A stretch of 63,796 nt of DNA, the filler included, from Collodictyon triciliatum (lineage: Eukaryota): assembly GCA_043381765.1 (NCBI GenBank). It is 6 parts of 6 records of this genome, joined end to end, with 100 filler letters (N's around TTAATTAATTAA, not from the genome) between each part and the next. Parts side by side here need not be neighbours in the genome. Positions count along the whole stretch, not along the records: positions 26,410 to 34,568 come from JBHJMP010000773.1; positions 34,669 to 56,406 come from JBHJMP010000774.1; 4 more parts are not named here. The stretch is one strand, 5' to 3'. Below are positions 29,353 through 43,700 of the stretch, one piece after another. The notes beneath the pieces were generated by a model that ran no database searches, was not told the DNA's origin, and worked only from the letters and a program-made list of their open reading frames with translations. The translations under genes and the position numbers were made by a program. Position 1 is the first letter of the stretch. Each line of letters starts with the position of its first letter.

Positions 29353-32300
29353 GCTGCTTCGTTTCAGAAGATCCGTGTTGAAAACCCGGTGGTGGAGTTG
29401 GATGGTGACGAAATGACCAGGTGTTTGGACTTGCGCATGGCCGATATTGACTGTCTCGTTTATTTTACATCCGGTTATTTTTTTGGAGTCGTCGAACATT
29501 TTTTTATATGCAAGTTGAACTTTTGCTGATATTCCCTTTTTTTATTTTCTTTTTTAACTGGTCAGAATCATCTGGAAAATGATCAAGGACAAGGTATCGT
29601 GTCCATGCGCCCTTATAAATGCCTCCTCTTTTTTTTCTTCAATCCTGACCTGTACAATATTTTCTCCTTGCATCAAGATAATATATCACTGTTTAATAAT
29701 AATTAACTGATGGTTATCCCCGTATATCACTGCATCAACATCACAGCTTGTTCTTCCGTATCTTGACATCGACATCAAGTACTATGATTTGGGACTTCCT
29801 TATCGCGACCAAACCAACGACCAGGTCACCGTGGATGCTGCAAACGCAATCAAAAAGTACAACGTAGGAATCAAATGTGCCACAATCACGCCTGACGAGC
29901 AGCGGGTCAAAGGTTAGATGGCGACGAACTCTTCTTGCCTCCACACCACGATATACTCATCGAATATATATTGTATGCATCTTTTTACAATCCCTTTTTT
30001 TTTTCAGATTTTTTTTTTTTGGACTTTGCTCCCTGTCAGTTTTTAAAGGGAAGCATCCCGATGAAAGTAAAGTACTGTTGTTCATCATTTTGAAAGAGTT
30101 TCCTTATGTTGTCAACTAGAGTTTTCTTTGAAGAAAATGTGGCCGAGTCCAAACGGAACCATCCGCAACATTCTCGGTGGGACTGTATTCCGTGAGCCCA
30201 TAGTCTGCAAAAACGTCCCACGCTTGGTTGCAGGTATCAATATTAGATTCGGGAATCACATATTCGAAGTTATCGCGAATCTTTACATCTGTCAGAAATA
30301 CGTGTTGCTCTCTTTTTAATAAGTATGGTCTATCTTTAAAGTCACGTCCTCTTATCATTCATTTAAAAAAATGATGTAAAACAAACATTTTCTAATATTT
30401 ACATGTATATGTCAGGATGGAAGAAACCCATCATCATCGGTCGACATGCCTTTGGAGATCAGGTACTTAAAATCATAAAGCCCTTACTTCCCACAAAAAA
30501 AAAAAACGAGTCAACAATTCTATGTCCTCACATTGAGTATTTTTATATAAATGTGATTTGAATGAAACTCTAGTACAAAGCCACTGATTTGGTCATTCCT
30601 GGTGCTGGAACCCTTGAACTCGTCTATACGCCGAAAGGTATGCCTTTCAAAAGACACCAGTATGCCTATTTGCCGTGCTAATCTTTACGTTCCTTTCATC
30701 TTCAATCTAAATACCTCATTCCCTTGACCGTCTACTAAATCTTCCTTTCAAAACGGCTTTAGATGCAAGCCAACCAAAAAAAACCATCAAGGTCTTTGAC
30801 TACCCTGGTGCTGGTGTCGCAACGTCTCAGTACAATCTGGAGCAGGTGAGTAAAATGAATGATCACTCGTTTTCTCTTCTGTTTCTCTCCACATTATCCT
30901 CCTTTGAATTTTCATGTGTATTCAACCACCCAATGAATCGATATTTTTCTCCTTCTTCGATACCCTAGTCTATTCGCGATTTTGCCCACTCCTGCTTCAA
31001 CTACGCCATCGCGCGTAAAAACCCGCTCTATTTCAGCACTAAAGTAATCTTCCAATGTTTTGTTTATTATTTGTGGAAATATTACGTAAAAGAATGATGC
31101 GCTATGCAACAAAAAAAAAGCATGTCTTGAATAATGACACGAATATATCCGTTGATGGTATACATATTTCTACTCATCTTTTCATTTTATAAAAATAATA
31201 AACATCGACAGAACACAATTCTGAAGGCCTATGATGGACGCTTCAAGGATATATTTGAGGAAATTTATCAGTAAATCACCCATTAAAAATATGACTTTTT
31301 TTCACTTTCGATTATTTGTCGCCGAAACCCTCATTCGCTTACGGTCATAAAACAAAGGGATTACAAAGACCAATTCAAAGCTGCTGGTATATGGTATGAG
31401 CATCGCCTCATCGATGACCAGGTAGTTTACATATCGATGCGTCTCGTCTCATAACCTTTTTTATTGCCCATATATTATATTTATTTTCTCTTCGATCTTT
31501 TTGTCTGTCTGTTAAAATATGGTTTTCGGCTGACCATGAATTTCTAGAGAAGAAAATGAAAGTATTGAGAGTATATCAAATGTTCAGGTCGCACAAACCG
31601 TCAAGTCTGATGGAGGATTTATCTGGGCATGCAAAAACTACGACGGTGATGTCATGTCTGACCTGGTCGCCCAAGGTTAAATCTCTGCAAAAACAAAAGT
31701 TGTCGCTATTTTTGTCCGCGCGCGCTCAATTAGCAATCAAGTATGTTTGTAAACTTTGTTCTGAGGTACTCTTTGCGTTTGAGAATAGGATTTGGTTCTC
31801 TGGGAATGATGACTAGTGTCCTCGTATGTCCTGATGGCAAAACTATCGAATCAGAGGCTGCTCACGGCACAGTTACAAGACACTTTAGACAGCATCAACA
31901 AGGCAAAGAGACCAGGTTCGTATCTTCTGCATAGGGTTGCTGTTTTGAGGCTTGGGCCATCTTTTTCTTTTTCTCTCTTTTTTTTTTCTTCTCTTTCACA
32001 AATGAAGTTTAGAAATGAAAGTAGTTCCAAAGGCGGCTGCACTCCATCATAACGCCACTTTGCGGACACACATATCTATTAAATCATTTTCTGAAATTGT
32101 CCAGCACAAACTCAATTGCAAGCATCTTCGCATGGACTCGTGGGCTGGCCCACCGTGCAAAACTCGACAAGAATGAAGCGCTTGCTCGCTTTGCCTCCGG
32201 TAGAGCGTTTTAACATGAGTAACTCGCGTTTTATTACCCTCAGAAATGTTCATATCATATCGTATCATATCACAAAGCCATCGAAGAAGCCTGCATCGAA

Positions 32301-32564
32301 ACAGTCGAGTCTGGTGTCATGACAAAAGACCTTGCCTTAAGCGTTAAAGGAAGCCTTGACAAGTGCGCAAATCTGACTTCTTATTGAAAAATTACATATG
32401 TTTTAGGAGCCAAAAAAAAAAAATATGGTCTAAGCTAAACTAATTCATTATTTTTTTTTTGGATTGTTAATAACATTGACAGCATCTCGCGCTCGGACTA
32501 CGTTAACACGCAGGATTTTATCGATGCTGTTGCCAAAGGACTGGAAAAGAAGATGTTTTCTTAA
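29353..32564 (+). CDS. IDH1: NADP-dependent isocitrate dehydrogenase (IDH1/IDH2 family); own start codon not visible
   Basis: [98 protein letters not shown] (NADP-type RH), MTKDLA. Ends KKMFS-TAA. IDH1 versus IDH2 orthology not resolved. Confidence 0.96.
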
Positions 32565-32859
32565 CTCTGTGAGGTCCAGAGCGCTTCCCCGCGCCGAATA
32601 AACGATTAAGCCACCATATTCTCTGTGGAGCCCCAGCGCTTAAATGCATATCATATGTTGATCACTTCAGGAGATCGCTTCCATCATATTTTACGCTAAT
32701 GAATTTCGTCGAGATGCGAAAACTGCAATCAGTTTTTTCATGGCGATGCATTAAACATTCATTTCGTTCTTAAAAAAAAGTGCATTACTTCCTCTGGTTG
32801 TGCAATAGGTAAAAAAAATGATTACACAAAGAAAAAATCATAATAACAAAATCACATAC

Positions 32860-34263
32860 ACACGCTCTGGCGGCTCCTCGTTCCAATCAGATACCACACA
32901 AATCTGTCGCAATCAATCATTAGATGCGTAACTCAAAGAGACACGCTGTTCGCATAAGATAGAATCATACGTTGTGGTGAGATGCGCAAAATAAACAAAA
33001 CAAAAAAAAATACCATGTTCCTTGACAGGTCAATCGTTTCCAATCTATGGGCGAACAAAAGGCATCGCGGGAAATGTCGAAACTGCTCGACACAAAGGCA
33101 ATTCATGAATTTAGAAAACATGTTGCAGAGTTTGAAGGAGCCTTGTGAATGAAAAAGAAAAAAAAAGAGGAAACATGAACCACTCTAGTACGAATCGCGT
33201 TTGCTGCTCCTTCACCATAATAAAAATACATGAAAGAACAATTACTCTGTTGTTGCTTATGTCAATGATTCGTAGATTTTGTAAAATAGTAAACGACGCC
33301 GGCAGTGTGGATATCTGTTGAAAACCTCAATATTACATGTGCCAGCTACGTGTGTAACGTGGAGCAAAAGAAAACAACCTTGTTTGACGACAAGTCTAGA
33401 GAATCAATAATCTCCCAGCTGGGTATTAGACTGGACACATCAGCGATGCTTTTGTTTGCAAGAATTACATCGTAGAGCTCCAACGTCCTCAGCACTTTTG
33501 CTATCGGCTGGAAGCGACAGCCGTATCTCTGGTGGTTCTCCCAGCATGGCAAGGTAGATATGCCGCGGGGAAGTCGTTTCACATAAGCATGCCCGAATAG
33601 CTCGATATTCAACTCAAACAAACTGGAAAGGCACGTGAGTCCCTGTGGCAACGACTTCAGCTACGAAAAATGAAAAAAAAAATCAATCATGGTTGAGTGA
33701 GTAAATAGTCCTTTGGCAATCTATAAAAACATGTATAGACTGACGAGCCATTTCTTCCATTATATTGATAAAAAAAATTAATGACGTTGGAAGTGTCTCT
33801 ATTTCACCTTATTTTCCCACAGACTCAAGGTTCTGAGCTTCTGAAAAACCGAGATGGAATCTGGGATGGTTGATATGTCGTTATGGCTGATGCATAATGT
33901 CTCCAAGTTTTTCAACGTAAACACGATTTCCGGGACAGTAGACAGCCTGTTGTTTCCGATGTCGAGTTCGGCCAGGTCGGCCAGAAGAGATAGATGAAGC
34001 GGCAAAGACGTGATTGCGTTGTATCCAAGGAGGAGTGTCCTCAGGTTTGTTAGGGCAGATATCTCATCCGGGATTGAGGCAAACATCCTGGACTCCCAAT
34101 TAATCTCGCACAGCTCGTTCCCCTGGGCTGTCATGGCAGATGTCCCTGATGCTTGTGCTTTCTGCAGCGTGTGTGACTCAGACTCGTGATCCGGCGCAAA
34201 CGGCGGGTGGAGGCTCAGTCGCTTTCTTTTTCGATTTGCTGCTGTCTCGCACTTCTCGGCCAT
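32860..34263 (-). CDS. Leucine-rich repeat protein (SHOC2/IRL-type repeats)
   Basis: MAEKCETAANRKRKR..., LRTLLLGYNAITSLP, LDIGNNRLSTVP, LSLWENK|LKSLP, LDLSSNK|ISTLP, IDISNNR|FRHFP, IDLSRNM. 3' end uncertain. Confidence 0.8.
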
Positions 34264-34568
34264 CGATGCGCTCTGGGCTGGAAACAAGGGCGAGCGGGCT
34301 GACTATGATGCCTTGCCTGCGCATATAAGAGTCTCATTTAGTGATGCCTGCCTCGTCTGGCAAATGATGGGCCCCTTCCGCGTTGTCGCATGTTGCAGCT
34401 CTCGCTCAGCCCTGTCAAGTTCTCTTCCTGAGAAAAAGACTTTGTGCAGTGGAGTTTCCGATCGATCGGTTTGCTTTTTCTTGTGGGGGTTGCGATGTCG
34501 GGCAAGTTCGTGCATGATACTTTTTTTTTTTTTTTTTTTTTTCTTTTTATTTTTTTACAAGGGTTGGG

Positions 34569-34668
34569 NNNNNNNNNNNNNNNNNNNNNNNNNNNNNNNN
34601 NNNNNNNNNNNNTTAATTAATTAANNNNNNNNNNNNNNNNNNNNNNNNNNNNNNNNNNNNNNNNNNNN
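34569..34668. other. Artificial contig spacer
   Basis: N44-TTAATTAATTAA-N44. Confidence 0.97.
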
Positions 34669-34710
34669 GAAAAAAAAAAGGAGGCCCCCCCCCCCCCCCC
34701 CCCCCAATAG

Positions 34711-37700
34711 GTTACATATGCCTTCTTGGCGCATTTCAATCCAATCCTCAGGATAAAGTTACAGGGTATATTTGTCCAAAGGGGTTCTTTTGTCCACGGG
34801 GAGCGGAAAGTCCATCACCTTGCCCTAAAGGTTCCATGCATATAAATTGAGCATTCATGTACTTGAATATCAATTGCTATCCCGTTTAAATCACCTTGAA
34901 TGCTTAAGTAAAGTCTTCAAATTCTTGAAATCATGTCATTTTAACACCTCGAATTTAGGCACATACGGAAGTTCTGAGGGTCTAAGAGAGAAATCAGATT
35001 GTACCCCATGTGATAGTGGATTCTACTGCCCATATTTGAATGCAACTATGGCAGAGTTATTATGTAGCGAAGGTTTCTATTGCCCGATAGGTAATATTCA
35101 AAGAGAAAGGATTCCCATTATTTCGAAAAGTATTCTAACATCCTTACGTTTTCCCATCATACCGGTTTGTATTTGATTGACACGCTTGTTGATACATAAT
35201 TTCTCAAAATTTGACACTTTGTGAAACAGGCCAGTCCGTTAGCAATCCTATACAGTACATATGCCCAGCAGGCCATATATGTCCTGAAGGTTCATCTTCA
35301 CCTACTCTATGCCCAGAGGGCAATTATGTGAACAAAGCCGGACAGGTGTTACAGTCAAACCACATTTACATGCATAGATTTAACTTACGCTAATTCACAT
35401 TATATATAAGCTGCATTATTCAACATAATTTCTTTCTTCATTGAATCAAACAAAGAAAAAAATCACCATTGATTTCTTCAAGCTATTAGATATGCTAAAA
35501 TCGTCCAAAATACTTAGTCCAAAATGATCAAATGTCCTCCTGGCTACTATTGTCCGAATGGAACATCTCTTCCCACACCATGTCAAGAGGGCTTTTATTG
35601 CCCCGCAGGTTCAGCGTACCCGACCAAATGTCCGGCTGGGACTTACCAAAACTCTGTGAACGCCACAGATATTCTGAGTTGTTTGAGCTGCCCAAGTTTT
35701 TTTTCTTCACTATTTAAAATCATAACTTTTAAAAGACATTTATCCAACCCGAATATAACTGAAACACAATTTTTTTTTCTGTGCCAGCACATATTCAGAA
35801 GCATAATACTCTTATTTGATGAAAATAGTTGGGTACTACTGTGATTCCGTTGGGTTGACAGAGCCTAGCGGGAAATGCGCTGCTGGGTACTTTTGCAATG
35901 GAGGGGCAACATCACCCCTTGCAAAGTTGAACAGTACATCTAGTCCAAATTATTGTCCTATTGGCCATTATTGTGAGGAAGGGACTGTTAAACCACTTCC
36001 TTGCCCCATTGGGACATTTAACCCATCCCTGGGCGCCACCAGCATTGGAAACTGTCTTCCATGCCTTCCTGGGAGCTACTGTTCCTCCCAAGGACTGTCA
36101 AAGGTTTCAGGTTGGGGAAAATATTACGATTCGTACTGATATTCTCATTTTTTTATTTTATTGTTGAACAATTCACGTTTTTGAAAGGTAAAAAATCATC
36201 AAACTAAAGCCTAATAGTATCGTGAATTTAACGTATTTTCACCTCGGTAAGACTCCTTGGAATGTAGAGGAGCTCAGGGCATATTATTTACCAGATTCCT
36301 TTTGACTAATAATTGTTTACTATCAATGTCGAAATTGATTAGGCTTCTGCAACCCCGGATTTTTCTGCCTAGAAGGTTCCACTCGTTCTGTTCCTCCATC
36401 TGTAGAATTTGGGTACTATGCAAATCATAGCCTCTATATTTCCAGTGACCCGACATAATTATAATAATTATGCTGGGACCATTGAGCGTAAAACACATTT
36501 GGTTTTTATGAGAATTTTTTTTTTTAGAATAAAAAATTAATAAATCACCTCCCGTATCCATACTTACAGGGATATTTGTCCGCCTGGGTATTATTGTCCG
36601 CTTGGTACTGTTAATGCAACGTCCTTCCCTTGTCCTGCAGGGACATATTCTTCCAAAAATGGTTCGGTAGGAATTCAGGACTGCACACCGTGCCCATCAA
36701 AACAGTATTGCAACATAGGTTCATCAGCACCTACGGGTCGCTGCGATGCTGGATTCTTTTGCAAACTTGGTAGTCCAAGCAATAAGCCTTCAATTTTTGT
36801 TATTGGGATGCACGGGCCTTGTCCTGATGGAATGTTCTGTCCTCCAGCCACGGATGATCCCATTCCCTGTGCTGCGGGGTTGTACTGCAACAGTTCTACT
36901 GTAATAGGGAAATGCGACGCGGGATATTACTGCACCGGGGGCGCAATTGACGCTCAGGCGTCGTTAATCGACGGCACTGGAGGCCCGTGCCCAGAAGGCC
37001 ATTTCTGTCCTTTGGGATCAGTGGAGCCGACACCTTGCCCTGTTGGCACATACTCAACATCACAACGCAACACCCAAGAATCTGACTGCGTCCCTTGTCC
37101 GATGGGATTTGTGTGTCCAAAACCTGGAATCGAAAACTGTACTCAACTGTGCGACCCTGGTTACTACTGTCCTGAGGGGTCCTCAGTTGGTAATCCATAC
37201 ATATGTCCAAAGGGGTCCTATTGCCCACCCGGATCAGGAAGCCCGCACTATTGCCCTCCTGGAACCTTCTCAAACATCACTGGATTACATATCTGCGAAC
37301 CATGTCCCGCAGGCATGACATGCTTTCAAAATGGTACGATAGAGCCTGACTTATGTCCTAAAGGGTTCTATTGTACCTTGGGAGGGTCAAACCTAACCTC
37401 CCTTATTCTTCCATGCCCAGCTGGCCGCTACTCAGACATACTAGGTCTGAAAAGTCCGGACCAGTGCAAGCCGTGTCCTAGATACCATTATTGCCTAGAA
37501 GGCTCGTCATCACCAACTGGCCCATGTTCTGCAGGGTTCCATTGTGTACTTGGAGCCTCTACAAGCCAGCCTACGGACGGTATCACGGGTAATATATGCC
37601 AACCTGGTTCATACTGTCCATCCGGTTCGTCTCCAGTCCCCTGCCCTGAGGGCACATTTAATTTTAATTATGGGGCCACATCTGAGGAGGTCTGTCTATT

Positions 37701-40700
37701 GTGCCCCCCGGGTAAATACTGTGCACCATCCACCGGCTTCGCTTCATCAATTCAATCATGCAGTGGCGGATACATTTGTACGGGTGGATCTTCAGTTCCC
37801 GAGCCAGTGGATGAGACTGGCTACATGTGCCCCATAGGCTCTTTCTGTCGCTCTGGAGATCCAAACAGCAGACGATGCAACCCTGGTTCATATAGCTCCA
37901 GTGTTGGTCAGGCTAACTGCACTTACTGTGATGCAGGATATGCCTGCCCAACTTTTGGTACAACTTTTCCGTTTGTGTGTCCCATGGGTTATTATTGCCC
38001 TTCTGGAACATCACAACCCCTACCATGTCCACCTGGTACATTTAGCTTCTCAACTAGTTTGCAAAGTGATCTCGATTGTACTCCTTGTCCCAGCGGCAGA
38101 TATTGTTCAGGCTTTGGTCAAAGAATCCCCTCAGGGCTATGTGATGCTGGATACATCTGCACCAAGAACTCCAACTCACGCAAGCCACTAAACGATAAAA
38201 ATAATAATGGAATGTGTCCTGTAGGCCATTACTGCCCACGAGGTACAATCGCACCAATACCTTGCCCAATAGGAACTATCTTGTCTTTTGTTGGGGCAAC
38301 GTCCAAGAGTCAATGTGAGCCATGTCCTGCCGGTCATTATTGCTCCAGCCCTGGCATAAGTAAACCCACTGCGCCATGTGATGCGGGATTCTATTGTCCG
38401 TTTAACTTTAACAGTACCACGCCAACGCCATCATGGTTAGTGTGTCCTACCGGATCCAAATGTCCTGCGGGGTCATCGAGCCCGATCCCGTGCCCTCAGG
38501 GTCAATACCAAGATAGACCCCAGCAACCCAATTGCAAGGACTGCCCTCAAGGACACATTTGTCCCCAGCAGGCATCCACAATTTCATTGTGCCCACGAGG
38601 ATCTTATTGCACAGATAAATCTGCTTATCCTATACCATGTCCTGAAGGTACTTACGGAAACAAACCCGGATTGACTTCAGCGTCTCAGTGTCTTCCTTGC
38701 CCAATCGGTATCTTTTGTAACGACGGGATTTTAGATGAGTCTAATCTTTGCTTCGCTGGATTCTATTGTCATATCTCTAGTTTCTCTCCAACACCTGAGC
38801 AAGGTGCTGGCGATTTGTTAAACGGGCCTTGCCCATTGAATTTTTATTGCGAGTCTGGAACGAAATCACCCATACCATGTCCACCAAACTATACCACCAA
38901 ATTTACTGGGGCATCTACTTCCACCATGTGTGTGTTATGCCCAGATGGGACTTCTTGCTCTTCTTCTGGTAACATTCCATGCCCAGCAGGACATTACTGC
39001 TTAAAAGGAGAGGCTCCAACACCATGTCCGCCAGGAACATATTCTGAACATACAGGCCAGCACCTGGTAAACACATGCGTTTCTTGTCAAGAGGGAAAAT
39101 GGTGTGCTTCTGGTTCAGCCTCTCAAGAACCATGTCCTGTTGGTTATTTTTGCCCGGCAGGAACAACAGCGCCCATTCCGTGTCCTGGTGGAACGTTTTC
39201 TGATTTACAAGGCCAGTCTTCCAACGACAGTTGCAGGGTGTGTGTAGGGGGATACTACTGCCCTATGGGATCATCGGCGCAATATGATTGCCCTCCAGGA
39301 TTCTATTGCCCCAGACAGTCTACATTTCCAATACCGTGCCTTCCAGGGATGTTGTGCCCTCTTAGGTCAGAGGCTCAAAAAACATGCCATGCTGGCTCCT
39401 ATTGCCCTCCAAACTTGTTAGCCACTTATCCTTGCCCTGATATTAATTCATGCCCGCAACCCCCGTTCACAATTGCAAATTGCCCATCCAACACGGTCTG
39501 CCACATGTCTGCAAAAACAACCCAGCTTGATTGTCCAAATGGGAACTACTGCCCTCCGGAATCACCCTATCCGATTTTATGTCCGCTTGGTTACATGGCA
39601 AAGCCAGGTTCCAAGCACCAGACCTTGTCCGACGCGTGTTCACTCTGCCCCGAGGGGACCTATGGTGCTGACCCGAAGCGAATGGAATGCAAGGAATGCG
39701 ACCCCGGATATGTTTGCCTTCCTGGAGCAAAAACGGCAAGGCCCAATTCTCCTGAAGAGGGAGGATATCCTTGCCCCAGGGGCTTCTATTGCATGAAATC
39801 ACCAGGAGATACAAAAGTACGTGAGCACCCGTGTCCTACAGGAACATTCAGTTCCATATTGGGTGGAAACTCGCCCAGTACCTGTCAACAGTGTCCCAGA
39901 GACTCTTACAACCCGATGGAGGGCCAGTCTAAATGTCTGCTGTGTGGACCAACATCTTTCCCGACAAATGGTTCGACAACGTGTGAATGCTTCGGACAAC
40001 ACAGAGTTTTCCAACAAAGTGATTCTACATGTCTTTGTGCCGCCGGATATGAATATTATAATAGCTTATTAGAGCTTGAAAATACGGACAATATGGGCGA
40101 CTGTCAAAAAATAATATACCAAGCCTGTACAAACGGTCTTATACGAGCTGCAAATGGAGAATGTTTTTCAGATGAAATACAGTTTTGCTCGAAAAAGTGT
40201 CAAGGTGAGAGTTTTACTTTTGTACCCGAAAGTGGAACCTGCGCCTGTTCATCTCAAACTTACGATGATGTTTGTGACGAAGCATGTAAGGCTTCATCAA
40301 ATTCGTTCTATCTAGACGCTGGTTCCAACTCGATCATTGTCCAGGGCTCGAATGGACTTGTCGGGACTTTGTCACTGCAGAATACCACAACCTCATTTTT
40401 CAGTGTAGCATCATGCAAGACAAATTGCGCTCTGCAAATACTAGAGATGAGCGGAAATGGATTTTCTGGAATATATAACGCTACCATAGATTACATTCAG
40501 GGTTTATTGAACGATGATAGCAAATCAAGGTATTTTCTTTCGAGTTCCGATAGAGCTTCAAGATCTCTTGTTGACTCATTCGCTAAAGTTCAGGACCCTA
40601 TCATATGTCTGGAGCAAGGGGCTTCCTTATTTTTCGATCTGAGTATTGGAGGTGATCATTACCCTGAGTACCAGGTGAACTCTAAGCTAAATACAAATCC

Positions 40701-43700
40701 AAATTTTGATTACGGAGCTTTTCGAAAGCTAGTCACCATGTATCGATCCGATTTTTTCAACTCCATGGCTTTTGCATTCAGTTTCTCCGAGTCTGGTGTT
40801 TATGCCTTTGTTGACCACGCCGACCCATCGAAGGAGTTACTTGTTCGAGTTTCACAGACTGGTTCCGATTGCGGACCGAACTCGATAGAGCCCAAGTCTG
40901 AAAAATCTCTTAAGGCCCGCAACATGGTACAGAATGGAGAGTTTCCCGAATCGAAGAGATGGGGCGTTGTTGGTACGCTGTTTGGCTCTGCGTTGGCAAT
41001 TATAGCTAGTGCATCAGCCCTTTTGTTGAAAAAAGTCAGGCCCCCAACAGTCGAAGAACAAGAAAGGACTCAATACCAACCAGTCGGAGATTATTCAATA
41101 TCTCTTGATGAGGACCATGTCCACTTTCGATCAAAAATGGCGCATGACAAGAGGAAAAGCATGCAAGGCAATCTACAGGAACTATCGGGATTCAACAAAA
41201 AGACCTTTACTGATAAACTTGCAGATCAGAGCCACATTATCGCTCACAAAGGAAACGACACTGTCAACGAGTCCAAAATTATTTTTGAAAATTTACAGCA
41301 AGAGACAGAAGGGCTGAGGAATCTATTGGGAACGAAACTGGATGAGATTGCTGTGCGATATCAAGACTCAAACAAATTAAGCAATATAGCTGAAATGATG
41401 GAAGGTCTACCAGCTGAAATTGAGAGAAGAAAGGCTTTGGCCAGTGGACATGTGGAACTATTGGAGAAGGTACTGTCGAACCAGAAAAAAGAGTTGGAGG
41501 CATTTGGAAACTTTGAAAAGTTGATGAGAAATTACATCGGAGAGGTTAACGCATCTATCGACCACATTCTTTCGGTCATTCATTTGAGTGTGTCAAAGAA
41601 AAAGTTCGATCTTGACCTAACAAATCTCATTCAGGGTCTATCTGATTCTGTTAAAACCTTGGAAATGGTACAGAATCATGAGTATGTAAAATACTCTGTA
41701 ATAGTCTCCACCGAATTCAGCTATGGAGCTCCTTTAGTGTCTCCTCTGAATAATTTGGAAATTGACACGAGTGAATACGTAGATGAGTTTGGGAACCTTC
41801 TGGATACCCCGGGTATCTGTCATTGGAATGCCACTTTATGTGTGTATGAGCCCGCAAATGACCTCTTAATGCGATTGAGTGATGGGAGAGTAATTGGCAT
41901 TCCACCAGGTATGTGTATCCACCCAAAGTCGGGACGCGTAGTTGCTTTAGAGGGGAACGTTGGAGTTGAGTCAAAATCCGGGAAGGTCGTCTTTATGGCT
42001 GGGGACGTATCAGCCTTCGGCGAGAAGGTATACCCCTTATTGTACTCAGATACAGGTCATGATGGTTTAGTTCCCCTTTCAACATTATGGGAGAAGTATG
42101 CAACCCCTGACAACATCCAAGCAAGATATGTTGACCCTTATACTGGAGTGCTGGTCCCAACATTAGCGGTCATCATCGACCCCATGTCCAAGTTGAGAAT
42201 TCCTGTTGGTGGAAGTTATGTCCACCCAATAGTTAAGTTAGTAAGGCCTATAACACACGGTGATCTACTCGGAGATATCGACCAAGGAGTTAGCGTGATT
42301 GCTGGCGTAGGGTATGACAACACAACTGGGAAATTGTTGCCTTTATCTGGTAGGATTCCCGAAAGCCCTGATAAGCACATCATTTTCGGGAGCCGAGCTC
42401 GTGATATCTTTTCTGGAAATGATCTTTTAGTCAGGGGTGCGTGTCGTGATTCTATCGACGTTGGAACCATATCATGCGTGTTTACGGATGAAACTACGTT
42501 CTATGCCAACGTCGAATCCCTTATTTTGGACAAAACATTAGAATCATTTCGATATATCTTACAGAATATAATGGACCTGTCCAAAGACATGAGTAACGGG
42601 GACGCCGAAAAAGTCGAAGAAACAATAAGACAGATATCCTCAATGCACAAATTAAATGACTCTGAAAATGTTCAACACCTTCTGCGCATCCAAGGAATTC
42701 GCCGCTTAACGCTGGAAACACGCCTCGAAATGTCTCAGGGACATCTAAATACCGCTCTTGATGTAAAGATGACGGCAGGTATACTGCATATTCTTATTTT
42801 GGAGGGTGGCCAGCAGATGCCTCTGCTGCTGGGAGAGAATTACTATGACAGCCACTCTCGCATGATGTGTCCCATTTTGGGAATACACGTGCACAGCAAA
42901 ACTGGAGAAATATCTGCTCTTGCGGGAGCTATGAATGACCCCGTAACAGGGGAATTGGTACCTATCACACTGGGAGGAAGAATGAAAAGTTCAGTATCGT
43001 TTTCCATCAATTACATATCTGATGTATACTATGATGAGGAGGTTAACCGCTTAGTACCACGATGCCATGAATTCTACGATCTGAGTGAACTCTCAGCAGA
43101 GGGTTTATTGGATGAGTACTCTGCATATAACAGGAACCAAAACCAAAAGATATCACAAATCCACGTTACTTTGAGTCACATGACATCTCTGTTTGCCTCA
43201 AAAGACCATGTAACTCCCAGAATGACCTTATCTGCACTTAATGAATTATCACGCATTCATAAAGTAATCAAGCAGTTGAAGCAAACACTAGCGGTCTCAG
43301 CACCTCGGTTAGAGGCAGGCTTGGAAGTAAGCATGATGAACAGCGCGTTGCCATATGGGTACATCAGGGACGGGCTGATGGGCCGAAAGTTAATTGATGA
43401 GTTTACATCATTTAGACAGGACTTATTGGATCCAATCAAACTGTTGACAGATGTTGCTACTCTGTGCTATCCGTCCGTAGCCATCACCGAAGAGACGTTG
43501 CCAGATATACTCCCCACATTAGATAGAGCTGTGGAGTGGCCTGCCGAATCTATGCCACAAGTATTGATTTTGATTCAGGAAATCGTAAATAAGTCCGCTC
43601 CTCATTTGACTACTCTCAATGAGATGCAATCCGAAATGCAGTTCTACCAACAAGAGGTCGAAAAGCAGCTCGAAATCTTAAGGTTAGATGACGACAAGAA

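Noticed and set aside
32562-32620. Readthrough of the IDH stop to a cryptic peroxisomal PTS1
   Set aside because: The stop is TAA and the extension ends in ...RIND, not an SKL-like tripeptide.
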